Positions 24,389-36,290 of a DNA stretch of 64,000 nucleotides are shown here, one piece after another (within the stretch, counting starts at the first letter, position 1; the number at the start of each line of letters is the position of its first letter). Position numbers and translations under genes: made by a program. The DNA comes from Cyanophora paradoxa CCMP329 (taxonomy: Eukaryota > Plantae > Glaucophyta), in assembly GCA_004431415.1 (NCBI GenBank), contig QPMI01000671.1, positions 62,001-126,000 on the forward strand. Reading direction: 5' to 3'. The notes below the pieces were generated by a model. It was given only the letters and a program-made list of their open reading frames with translations. It searched no databases and was not told the origin of the DNA.

Positions 24389-27300
24389 ATGCGTTGCGGC
24401 GTGGTCGTTCTGCTGCTGGCTGCGTTAGCAGCCTGCACTGTAGCTGTCGAGCACCGGCGAACGCACGGCTCCAACGACCTCGCTAATCACGCGGCACACC
24501 CCAGGAAGGTCTGCGAACACCGGCCTGCATACGCCACGCATTCGCCAGCGCTGCTGACAACCGCTTTTCGTGGAGGTTCTTTTGCTTGGCGAGGTGATAG
24601 ACACTACTCGCGCGGAGTCAGAGGCTGATGCAGGTCCGGAAGCGACCTCGAGTCGCGGTTTGCGTGCGGTGCGCCACCGAGCGGCGAGTACAAAGGCCCA
24701 GCGGATATACATCGTAAGAGCTTCCGGTTGCATTCGGTTCTCCCCCCTGGCGATGCCTGACAACGTCGGCCGTTCGTGCCGCGAGCAGGTGCAGCTTGAG
24801 TCGCCAGTTACGGCGGCGGCGCAGCGGGCGGTGGAAGCGGCGGGCGGCGTTCGTCTGGGACCTTACATACCGCACAATGCGTACCTCGTCTCCGCGACAG
24901 CGGAGCAGCTGGCCCGGATCAGGCGCGTCGCGCCCTTGGCCCCAGCGCCCTGAGGCTCCCGCTGAGGCCGGCGCAGGGCGGTGCCGCACGTGGTGTGGGC
25001 GGGGCGGCTGAAGAGGGAGCACAAGGCGCATCCGATGCTGGCGGGACCGGCGGCGCGGGCCTACTCGACGTGGACAGCGCACGTGGCGGCGGAGTGGGCG
25101 GCGGGGCAGGGGGTCCCGACGGCGCACCGGCTTGCAGGCGCGCCTCGCGGGGAGCGGGCGGCGCGCTGACGCGGCTGACGGGCGGGGCAGGGGTGTGGCG
25201 GCGGCAGCTCTCGGCGTCGCTGCGGGGCAACTTCTCGATCGAGGCGCTGGACGAGGGGCGCGTGCGGGTGACCCTCCGCAACCCCCACGACGGGCCCCTC
25301 GCCCTCGAGTTCCTGTCGAACCAGGTGGGCCCTGCCCGCCAGCCAGCACCCCGCGCCCCCTCAGGCCCGGCCGCCGGCGCAGGGGCTGGTGCACTGGGTG
25401 GAACCGCGGCGGCCCATCGTACTCAAAAACCTGTACGCCAGCCGCGTGATCCAGGCCGACGTCACGTGCGCCCCGCCCCCCCCCTCCCCGCCCCCCCCCC
25501 CCCCCCCCCCCCCCCTCCCCCTCCCCCTCCCCCTCGCCGCTCCGCGCCGCTCAGCGGGGCGCAGGAGCACGGCGGAGCAGCTTGCGGACCTGGTGGCCAA
25601 CCAGCGCGCCATTGCGACGCCCATCTACGACCGGGGTGCGCCGCAGTTCGCTCCAGCGTCTCCCTCGCCCCCTGACGCGCGGCAGGGATCGCGGGGGCGG
25701 GCGAGGTCGTCGGCGTCATGGACGACGGCCTCGACTACGGTGCCCCGCCCGCCCCGCCCCGCCCCGCCCCGCCGGACGCCTGACGCGGCGGCAGACCACT
25801 GCTACTTCGCGGAGAGCAGCGGCGTCTCGCCCATCCCGGACCCCCTCGTCTCGGACAGGCCCGCCCCCGGGCCCGACCCCCCGGCCTTGGGCTGGCGGGG
25901 CAGGGGAGCGGGGCGTGACTGCTTTGGGGCTGCGCAGCAAGGCTCAGCCGCAGCGGCGGAAGGTGATCGCTTCGCGCTTCAACACGCAGTACGGGAACCC
26001 CATGGTGTGCTGCAGCAGGGACGGAGGGGGCCCGCCGCTGTGTGACGGGGCGCGCAGATTTCGAAGGCGCACGGGACGCACACGGCGGCGACGGCGGTGG
26101 GGAACCCGTGCAGCGGCTGCGTGCCGTCGGCGGCGACGCCGGGGGCCACGCAGGCGAGCACCCTCGCCCACCGCGGCATCGCCTACGACGCCCAGGTCCC
26201 CGCCCCCGCCCGCCACGCATCCTCCCCCCGTCCTCCACTGCACCCTCGCCCTCACCGGCGCCCCCGGACCTCCCCAGCTCTCCTTCATCAGCATGGCCGA
26301 CCGCTCCGGAAACGCGCGCCCCCGCGCCGCGACCCGGCGGCCCCGCCCCGCCCCGCCTTGCTGACGCCCCCGCAGCTTCTCACGTACGAGTGGGACAAGG
26401 CCTTCGTCGTCCACTACAATGACGGGTCCGCCTTGGTTCCTCGCCCCGCCCCCCGACCCTCTGGATGTAGACGCGCCGGCCGGCAGCGTGCGCGTGCACT
26501 CGAACTCGTGGGGCTGCGCCCCCGCCGCCGAGCGGCCCTTCGAGTGCAACGTCTACGACGAGGTATCCCGGCCGTCCCCGACGTGTGTCCCCTCGCCCGC
26601 CCCGCCCCGCTGACACCCGCCGGGCGGCAGGACGCCGTGCGGGTCGACTCGTACGCGTGGTACTTCCCGGTACGCGGGGTCCCGCCGGACGCTGGCGATG
26701 CGCCCCGCCCGACGCCTCCCGGCCGGGGGCCCCCGCAGGACGCGCTGCTGATCTTCGCGGGGGGCAACGACGGCGCCACGCCGCGGCCGGCCAACAGCGG
26801 CAAGGGCGTCATCTCGACCCCTGCCACCGCCAAGAACGGCATCAGGTCCGCCCCGCGCGCACTGCCCGCGCGGCGCGCCGGTGAGCCCCGCCGGCAGCGT
26901 CGGGTCGGTCTTGTCGACGACGGCCGGCTTCCTCGCCGGCACGGAGACCGTAGCCGGCTCGACGCCCGTCGACAACCGCCCGTGCGCCGGCGCGCGAGAG
27001 GGCTCGCGGGCGGGGCGCGAGGGGGCGGGGCGCAGGGGGATGAAGGCGTGCGCGGCGTACCCGAACTGGTGCAACCGGGAGGCCGTGCGCGCGGCCACCG
27101 ACGTCGTCTCCTCCAACAACCTCGCCACCTTCTCCTCCTACGGGCCCACCTTCGACGGCCGCGTCAAGCCCGAGGCGCGCCCCGCCCCGCCCCACCCGCC
27201 CGCCTCCTGCTCGCCGGCCCCCGAGCGGCCCGGCAGGTGGTGGCGACGGGCTTCTTCGTCATTTCCGCCAACGCCGACTCCGCCTCCGACTCCTTCAACT

Positions 27301-28190
27301 GCGGCCTCCGCGCCGAGATCGGTCCGCGGCGCTCGTGCTCCGTGCGAGGCGCCCCCGCCATCGGGCCTCTCACGGGGCGCCCCAGGGACCTCGATGTCGG
27401 CCCCCGTCGTGGCCGGCGCCGCGGCACTGGTGCGGCAGTACTTCCGCGAGGGCTGGTGGCCTTCTGGCACCAAGGTGCCCCCGCCCCCGCCCCCCCTCCG
27501 GGCCCCGCTGAGCCCCCGCCCTCTGCAGCGGGCGGCGGACGCCATCCCGGCGCCCCAGGCCTCCCTCCTCCGCGTGCGCCGCCTCCCGCCCCGCCGTCGA
27601 CCCGGAGCTGCTGCCGACGGGCCGGCGACAGGCGGCGATGGTGAACGGGGCGCGGCCGGTGACGGGCACCGTCGCGTCGGACCTGGCGCACCCCGGCAGC
27701 ACCTGCACCGCCGCCGTCGGCTGTGCGCGCCCCTGCCCCGCCCTCGCGCTCCCAGCCGCTTCCGGCTCGACGCCGGCGCCCCGCGCGCAGGCAAGCGGAC
27801 CTCGGTGGGCCCGCCCAGCGAGCCGGCCCCGAACGCCTTCCAGGGCTACGGCCGCGTCCGCCTCGACACCGTCCTCTAGTGCGGCACAGCCTTCTGACCG
27901 CCCAGGAGTCCGCCCCGCTCACGGGCGCCGGCCGCAGCTTCTCGGACTCGCCCTTCCAGATGGCGTTCTGCGACGGATACTTCGCGCCCGGGGACAACAC
28001 GCCGGTGCGGGTGAACATGACGGTGACGGGGACGCTGCGGGCGACGCTGGCGTGGACGGACCCGCCGGGCAAGGCGAACGCCCAGGTGCCCCTCGTCAAC
28101 AACATCGACCTGACCCTCACCGCCCCCAACTCCACCGCCTTCACCTTCGTCCACCCCAACGGCGGCGACGTGCGCTCCGCTCGACAATCT

Positions 28191-28228
<38 letters not shown>

Positions 28229-29910
28229 TGCCGGGCGTCCGCCCCTAACCGCCCCCGCCCCCAGCTCCCCGACAACGTCAACAACGTCGAGCACGTGCGC
28301 CCCGGCCGCCCCAGCGGGCGCCATCCCAGCCAGCTGCCTCACGCCACCCGCCGCCCTGCAGATCGAGTACTCGCCGCCAGGCGGCGGCCCCACCGTCGTC
28401 GTCCTCACCGTCGCCCCGACCCGCATCGACCCCTGTGCGCCCGCCCGATCGCCCCACGCCGCCTCATGGCGCCGGTGCTGAGGGGCGGCGTCGGTGTGGC
28501 GCAGTGTGGGGCCCGCAGCCGTGGTCGCTCGTGCTGCACGGCCGCTGGCTCGGCTCCATTCCCGGCGGCTGCACTCGCTCCGTCTCCATCCCCGTCCCCG
28601 CCGACGGTCCCTGCCGCCTCGCCCCGCCTCTCCCCGCCCCCCGCCGAACGCGGCGCGCGCGCAGGCCCGAGCAATCCGCACGTGACAGACGAGATTCCCG
28701 CTGTCCCCGAGCTTACGAGCGGTTCGCCGGCCCCGCTCCCGGCTGCCCGCCCGCCGGACCCGGTCCTCACGGGGCTCCGGCAGGCTTCGTGCTGATGGCG
28801 AACGTGACCGTGGCGCTGCCCATCGCCGAGTGGAGCGAGGCGTACGCCGGGCACTTCGCGCGGGCGCTGGGGCGGCAGATCGGGGTGAGCGGGAACCGGG
28901 TCGTGGTGGACGGCGTGCACAACGGGAGCACGGTGGTGTCGATGTACCTGCGGCCCGTCGAGTACGGCAACGCGGCGCTCGAGGCGAGCAGCGCGCAGGC
29001 GTACCGCAACCTCGCCCGCATCAATACCAACCTCGCCCTCGGGCCCGGCCTCGCCGTCCTCGCCCTCTCCCAGTTCCGCGTCATGCGGCCCCGCACCCCC
29101 GCCGGCGCCTCCCCCGACCCGGGCGGCAAGGCCGTGCTGCCCCCGAGCCCGTCGCCGACGCCGGCGCCGGCGGCGGACGAGAGCACGAAGGTGATCGCGG
29201 GGGTGGTGGCCGGGGCCTCGGCGCTGGTCGTCATCCTCGCCGGCATCGCCCTGCTGCTTATGCGGCGCGCCATCCGCGAGAAGCGCGCCATCATCACCCG
29301 CATGGAGGAGGCCCAGCGGCAGGCACGGCCCCGCGCCGCGCGCCCCCTCGCCCCGCCCTGAAGGGGGGGCCGGCAGGTGCAGGTGGTGCGGGTGGACCTG
29401 GACGCCGACCACCCGCAGCCGCTCTTCCTCGCCCCGGGCCGCGACCCGCTGGGGGCCTCGGCCCGCGAGGGCCCCTCCCTGGCGGCCACCTCTGACCCCG
29501 GCACCCACATCCTCCCCATCCCCGCCCTCCCGCCCCTCGTCCACGAGCCCCTCCCCCCTCGCTCCGCCTCCCTGGGGGGCGCCCTCCCCCGCGCCCCCTC
29601 CGTGCGGGCCCCGCCCCGCGAGCCCCCGCGCTCGGGCGGCTCCCTTTCCCCCGAGGACGTCCCCGTCGTCCTGCTCCCGCGCCCGAGCGCCCTCGCCGCC
29701 CCCGCGGCCGCCGCCGGCCGCGACGACGACAGCGACGACGAGACGACGAGCGGCGGGCCGCTCTCGTCGGCGGCCGTGCGAAGCGCGGCCCCGGGGCGAC
29801 CGAACGTCTTCGACGCCGACGCGCACGCCGTGCACCTCGACGTGCCGCGCGTGGCCCCGGGCGGGCCCCTCCCCGCGGCCACCATCAAGGCCACCGACGT
29901 CTTCCTCTAG
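24389..29910 (+). CDS. Subtilisin-like S8 peptidase, Kp43/TagC-like, type I membrane protein (paralog 3)
   Basis: Signal MRCGVVVLLLAALAACTVA. Motifs VGVMDDGLD, HGTHTAAT, HSNSWG, FAGGNDG, FSSYGPTFDGRVKPE, GTSMSAP, LAWTDPP..LVNNIDL. SEA-like HNGSTVVSM, then TM VIAGVVAGASALVVILAGIALLLM followed by RRAIREKR; stop TAG at 29908-29910. Confidence 0.9.
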
Positions 29911-30511
29911 GAGCAGCTGAGCAGTCAGCAGCCCGGACCCAGCCGACGCAGCCGCCGGCCCTGCGCGGCGCCAGCCCGACGTCGACGTCCGACGCTGCCG
30001 CGCCCCCCCGCCCGGGCCGCCCCCAGCGGCCGGGCCCCGCGGCCGATCGCGAATTTTAAGGAAAACCGAATATATACTCGCCGTGTAACCGGTTGGCCCG
30101 TGTTGGGTCGACCGGTAAAAAAAACGAGCTGTGACGTGACGTCAAGACTTTTCAACGGTTGCAATTGGGCGCTTCCGACCGGCGATCGCTTGCACAGGAG
30201 CTGCTTCAAGTTCGTCGCACCAGCCAACGCCAACGCCTGCAGTGCGTGCCCGCCTCCCGTAGCGCTGCGAGCTTGCTCGCATAGAGATTCCCTATTCAAT
30301 TGGATCGCTAGATCTGCCCCGCGCATAAATTTAGAAACATGTACTTTCATGAAGTACAGTTTAGTCGAAAAGACGGTACACGGTACCGTTCAAGTCGATT
30401 AATATTAATATTTCTAGATAAGAATGTTTTTTCGAAGGTTAAAAGTGTGCACGTGTACCCTCGATCGAGTTTGCGGATCCGCGAGCGGCGCCGGCGCCGG
30501 CGGCGCGCGCG

Positions 30512-31043
30512 TAGGGTTGCCGGCCCGAAGTTTCGGGTCAGAGAAACTTCGTGCAAAGTGCGAAGTTTCGGTTTCTGTTTCGGGTGGGGAGCGAAACTTC
30601 GTGCGAAGCGGGAGGCTCCCATATGCATACAAAACCTTCGGTTCGAGCCCTGCAGCGCCAGTCTTCGCAGCCGAGAAGCTTGCAACTAAAGAGATGGCAC
30701 TGCGGCAAGGCTACAGCTGGCGGCACGGACAGGTGGCCGCGGGCCGGGCGTCACGGCGTGGCCTTGGAAGGGGCTGGGTGGGGGGGGGGTACGTGTATTT
30801 GGAGGATCCGGAGGAGAAGAAGGAGGAGGAGAATGATGAGAATGACGAGGAGGACGATGAGTAGGACGTAGCTGAGCCCTTCGGAGCCCTACTACGTGCA
30901 GGTTGGCGCCTCCTTTCTGTCATTCTCTTCGGGTTCTCTAGGACATGCGAAACCTCGTGCGAAACATGCGAAACTTTGCGTCAGTTTCGCTTTCGGGGGG
31001 GCCTGTGCGAAACTTCGTGCGAACTTCGGAAGCGGCAACCCTA
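30512..31043. mobile_element. Non-autonomous hAT-like DNA transposon / MITE (532 bp)
   Basis: Terminal inverted repeats TAGGGTTGCCG (30512) and CGGCAACCCTA (ends 31043). Clustered subterminal CGAAACTTCG/CGAAGTTTCG motifs at both ends. Flanks cgcgcgcg and cgcggcgcg fit an imperfect 8-bp TSD. Confidence 0.8.
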
Positions 31044-31542
31044 CGCGGCGCGCGCGCTGCAGCTGCATGCAGTACTAGTGATCATGAGTCATCGATATCA
31101 GCTGCTGCTGCATGCAGTGATCATGAGTGCCAGTGACTTCTTGGCCTCTGCAAGCTGCATCATGGCATGCGAAATCGTCGATTATCATCGGATAGCTAGC
31201 TAGCAGATTGCTAGCCGCTGAGCGCGCGCCGCCGCCGATGTCGACGCGCCCGCCCGCACCGTACGCGCAGGGGACTCGGAGCACGATCGACTTGTCGCAG
31301 TATAGCTACTGAGTTACTAAGTTAGAGCGCTCCAGCGTTGGCCGCGGCCGGCAGGGCGACCGATGTCACGGGATCCGTTGCAATTGATCATGAAGTGGGC
31401 CGCCGCCGGGACGGGTCGCATCATGGCCGCGCCCAGCCCACGGTCGCGGGCCGCGTAGCTGAGCTATCCGAGGCTATTATCTGCGTAGAATCGGCCGTCT
31501 CCATCGCTTTCCATCCAGTGTTCGAGCGCGCCATTACTAGCC

Positions 31543-34500
31543 ATGGCGATGGCGCTGCCAGCGACGACGACCTTTTTGATCTTACATCGGCGCCGCAAGC
31601 ACGCATTTACGCCATGCGATGCCGAGGAGGTGCGAATCATGCACCGGTACCGGTGCAGAGCGAGGCGGCCGACGCTTGCGGCCAACGCCCCGGCCCTAGT
31701 ACTTAGCAACGTTAACCTGCGAGCTCACGCGCTCACGCTGCAGGCGGGCGACCTCCTGACGACCCATATGATCACAACGCGGCAATTTAAGCTTGGTCTG
31801 CGAGACACAAGCCCGGACAACATCAAAGCCTGGCGCGTGCTGCCTCTGCGTACATCCCCCGTGTGCTGACGGCATCGCCGCTGCATCCCTTAGGAGTGGA
31901 AAGCGCATCCAGCTTAGCTTGCACTATGCGGAGGACGGCGCCATGGTATACTCCATACTCTCGTCTAAATTGTGTTAGCGATGAGCATAATATGATATGC
32001 GTTTCTCATGATCATGATCAGGTCCCCTTCTCGGTGCACCCGCTGCCGAGCGCCGAGAGCGGCGCGGCGCACTCGTTCCTGCAGGAGGCGGAACACGAGG
32101 AGGTCGGCGCGACCGCCCCCGGCGCCCAATTACCCTCATGCCCCGACGGCAGGACGGGCCTTTTCTGCGCTTCCCAGCCCCCCGGCGTGCGTTCCGCTCG
32201 CGGCGTCCGATCCTGACGCTGGACGAGACGGGGAGGACCGAGGGGGCGTTCAGCATCCTCGCCTCATCGCACCGGCACGGGAACCGACCTTTCGAGATCC
32301 GCGTGACGCCCGTCGGCCCGGCGCCGACGCCCGTCGTCGGGCGCCTCGTCTGCTTCACCCGCAGCCACGAGAAGAACAAGCGAGGTCCGCCCCCGCGCAC
32401 GCGCACGCGCCATGAACATTGCCCCCCTGCCCACGTGGACGCCGTCGCAGGGCACCACTTCCCGAAGCGGATCGGGGTGGGGGTGAAGGGGCGGGGGCCC
32501 TCGCGGGCGGAGAGCGAGGCCTCGTCGGTGGCGGGGTCGGACCGGGAGGGCAGCGTCTCGGGGCTCCCCTTCGACGACGACGACGACGACGACTTCGAGT
32601 CGCCGGCGACGAGCCCGCCCACCGCCGCCCCCGTCCCCGCCGTCGAGGTCCTCGGCGTCAAGCGCCAGCGCTCCTCCCCGACCGTCTCGCCCCCCGCGGC
32701 GCTGCCGCCCGCCGCCCGCTCCTCGCATTCGCCGCCCGCCCCGCCGCCGGCCACCGCCGCCCGCTCCCCGCCCGGCCCCTCCTCCGTCCGGGGCGCCGCC
32801 CCCGCCCCCGCCCGCGCCCCCGCGGCGGCGGCGGCGCCGCTCTCCCCGCCGAACCCCTTCACCTCCCCGACGTCGCCCATCCTCGCCATGCCCGCCCCCG
32901 CCGTCTCCTACGACCCCGTCCAGCCGATGGCGGCCCCGCCCGAGCGGCCGCCGGCCGTGGAGGCGCGGGCGCCCTTCCTGCAGCAGGGGCCGGAGGAGGA
33001 GCTGGGGCGCGCCGACTCGAACCAGAGCGTGGTGGCGCGGCTGCGGGGCCTGGAGGAGAACCTACAGGAGTTCGCCGGCCTCAAGATCGAGGAGAAGGCG
33101 GTGCGGAAGGCGGCGGGCGAGGAGGGCCCGTGGCCGCGCCCCGTCGAGGCGAGGGACGGGGGCCTCGTGGGCGCCTCCATCCGCCTCCTCGGGCGCACCT
33201 TCTCGCGCCTCCCCGCCCCCAGCCCGGGCTTCCCCGTCGCCTCCCTCTCCACCGAGTGCGCCGGCCCCGCCCCAGCGCCCCCCGTTCCCCGCCGGCCCCT
33301 TGCGGGTCTGACGGGGGGCGGGGCGGCAGGGAGGTCTGGGCGCTGCTGGCGGGGGAGCCGTACGGGGCGCCGCTGGCGTTCCCCGGGGACGCGCAGCTGG
33401 CGGAGGCCCTCTGGGCGGCCTTCCTCGCCTCGACGGCCCCCGACGCGCCCAAGACGCGCCCCGCCGTCTGCCGCCTCGTGCAGCTCCTCGCCGACCCCCG
33501 CACCCTCTGGACGCCCCTCTACCGCACCATGAGCGGGCGGCACCGCCTGCGCTGCGCGCTGCACGCGCTGCGCGGCGCGGGGGCGTACGCGGCGGTGCCG
33601 GTGGTGATGCAGACGGTCTCCCTGGCGCTGCTCGCGGTGCCGCCGGCGGTGGAGGAGTACCGCGAGGCGGCCGTGGAGCTCGCTGGGCACATCTTCGACC
33701 TCGCTGCGGCCTCGGCGGGGGAGGTCGCGACCTGCTCCCCCGACCTCGTCTACCTCCCCTGGCCCCGCGTCCTCGAGCTCCTCAACCGCGCCCGCCTCGT
33801 CTGCGCGCGCTGGCGGGAGAAGGAGCCGCTGCTGCACTGCCGGTACCTGCACGCGCGGGCGCTCGCGAGCTTCCAGCACGGCTTCCACGACGAGGGTCTC
33901 GAGCTCGCCTTCGAGTGCTGGTCCGAGCTCATACGCTGCCAGGTCCGCTCCTCCGAGGCCCGGGGCCAGGCCGAGGGCGCGCTGGGTGCCCCGCGCGCGG
34001 GGACTGACGGGGCGCGGGACGGCAGCACACCCCGTCGCGCCTGGAGGCCGGCTGCCTCGCCGCCCTCGTCGAGATGTGCCTCCGCATGGGCAAGGCGCGC
34101 CCCCGGGCCCCCGCCGTCGGGGCGGCCGGCTCTTTCGTGGGGTGACGGGGCGGGGGGCGGGTGCGGGCAGACGGAGATGGCGGTGCACCTCTCGGGGCGC
34201 CTCTACTACCACCAGACCGACGACGCCGAGGACGCCTTCCAGGTCCGCCCCGCCCCGCCCCGCCCCCGAGCTCGCCCGGATCGATATCACGTCCAGCCCT
34301 CTTTGGTTTAGTTTTCTTTTTGTTTTGATTTGTGGCGGCGGGGGGGCCAGGCGGCGGCGGTGCACGGGTTCGTGGGCCTGTGCGAGGGGATCCGGAAGCA
34401 GAAGAAGGCGGCGGTGCACGCCACGACGCGCGCCATCGAGGCCCTTGAGCGCTTCCATGACCCCGTGCGCCCCCCGCCCCCCCGCCCCGCCCCTCTCCTT

Positions 34501-35820
34501 GTCTTCCGACGGGCCGCGCGGCGCGGCGCAGGCCTTCCGCTCGCACGCCGCCCGCCTCCGCCTCCTCCGCGCCATCCACTACCTCCAGCTCAGTGCGCAT
34601 GCGCCGCCCTCTTCGCCCGCCCCCGCCGCCCGCGCGGTGGCGAGCCGCGCCGCAGACCGGCTGGTGGCCGCCTCGGGGGACCTCCGCGCCGGCATCCAGC
34701 TCCTCTCCCAGGTGCCCCGCAGCCCGGCATGCGCCATGCGGGGGCTAACGGGGCCCGGCGGGGGCGCGCAGGATCACGAGTTCTGGAGCTCGGCGTGGGA
34801 CCTCTTCTTCGTGACGCGCTTCCGCTGGGCCCCCGCCACGGGCCGGGGCGCCCTGCCCCCCGCCGACCTCGCCCGCGCCCTCCGCCTCTTCACCTTCGTC
34901 TCCAAGGCGCGCCCGCCTCGCGATCGGGCCCCGCCCCCGCCCCCGCTGAGGGGGCGCAGGTGGTGGACCGGGGCTCGGGGACGCCGCTGCGGGCGCACGC
35001 GCTCTACCAGCTCGGGCTCCTCTACTGCGGGATGGAGGACTGGCGGGGGGCGGAGGCGGCCCTCGAGGAGGCCCTCGCCCTCCTCGAGGAGCGCCTCCCC
35101 CTCCACTTCCCCCCGCACTCCCCCCGCTTCCTCGCCGTCGCCGCTGCCCTCGCCGCCGCCCGCGCCCACGCCCAGCCCCACGCCCCCGCCCCGCCGCCCC
35201 TCCCCGCCCTCCCCGCCCCCGCCGCGGCGGGCGGCGGTGGCGCGTCGGCGGTGCTGGGGACGGCGCGGTCGGCGGGGAGCGCGCTGTCGCCGCTGACGGC
35301 GGAGGGGGAGCACGCGCTGCTGGCGACGAGCCTGGAGCACGCGCGCTCCAACACCACCGAGGGCTTCCTCGAGCGCGACTACCTCCTCAGCCCCGCCCGC
35401 AGCAACATGAGCGGCCTCAGCGGCCTCGCCCAGGCCCGCAGCAACGCCTCGGCCAACGCCGGCCGCCTCGCCCCGGCCTTCAGCGCCGGCTCGGGCGGCG
35501 GGCTCCCGACGGCGCTCAGCACGGGCTCGCGCTTGTCGGGGATGGAGGTGGAGGAGGGGCGGGGCGCCCCCGGGCTGGTGCAGCTGCAGGTGGCGCTGAA
35601 GCAGGAGCCGGTGCCCGAGGAGGAGCCCGGCGAGCTCGTCGACTTCGACGTAGATGCGTTCATCGTCGACGCCCACCCGGGCGACGAGGGCGGCTACGAG
35701 CACGCCGTCGGCCCCCTCGCCCCCTCCGCCGACCCCGAGCCCTCCAGCTCCTCCCTCCGCGTCACCTCCGCCACCGCCTCCGCCTCCCGCGACTCGGACT
35801 GGGGCTCCCCGCGCCGGTAG
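31543..35820 (+). CDS. Uncharacterised protein: putative Ig-fold DNA-binding domain, Pro/Ala linker, TPR-like helical region
   Basis: Spliced exons IQLSLHYAEDGAMVP and ILTLDETGRTEGAFSILASSHRHGNRPFEIRVTP; KRQR NLS-like motif; TPR-like AHALYQLGLLYCGMEDWRGAEAALEEALALLE; stop 35818-35820. The start is uncertain. Confidence 0.6.
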
Positions 35821-36241
35821 GCCCCGCCCCTCCGCCGCCCGAGGCCGTCTTCGATGTTTCATCGTCCTAGTTATAGCTTAAGCTTCGAATTCGATTGCAG
35901 TCTCGGCGAAACCCGACCTCGAGCTCGATATCGATTTTCGTATACATTAATATTTATTACAGAATTCATAGTGTTCTTTTTATATATTTATCGACTTGCA
36001 TGACTGTAACTAACGTTAACGTTGTCTCATAATCGACATTTCCCTTTGTGCTAACTTAGTTAAGCTAGTTCCGTGCACTCTTTATCAATATCACAGATTA
36101 GTTACATCGTAGCTCGCTAGATTGATCGAGCTTATTTTCGAATGATTTCGCGCCATTCGTCGGAACAAGCCGCTGAGCGAGTGTAACATATATGGGGAAG
36201 GGGGGAGCCTGCCGGGCAAGGGACGTGGCGAGCTCGAGTCC

Positions 36242-36274
<33 letters not shown>

Positions 36275-36290
36275 CGGGAGGCGGAGGCGC

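Noticed and set aside
30075-30390. ccgtgtaaccg ... cggtacacgg as TIRs of a second MITE
   Set aside because: The match is short and imperfect with no convincing TSD; it cannot be supported from one copy.
30640-30660. GGTTCGAGCCC...CCA resembling a tRNA T-arm
   Set aside because: No T-stem pairing or cloverleaf can be built.
30526-31030. Repeated CGAAACTTCG motifs as a CRISPR-like array
   Set aside because: The repeats are only about 10 bp, irregularly spaced, in both orientations and enclosed by TIRs; the context is eukaryotic.
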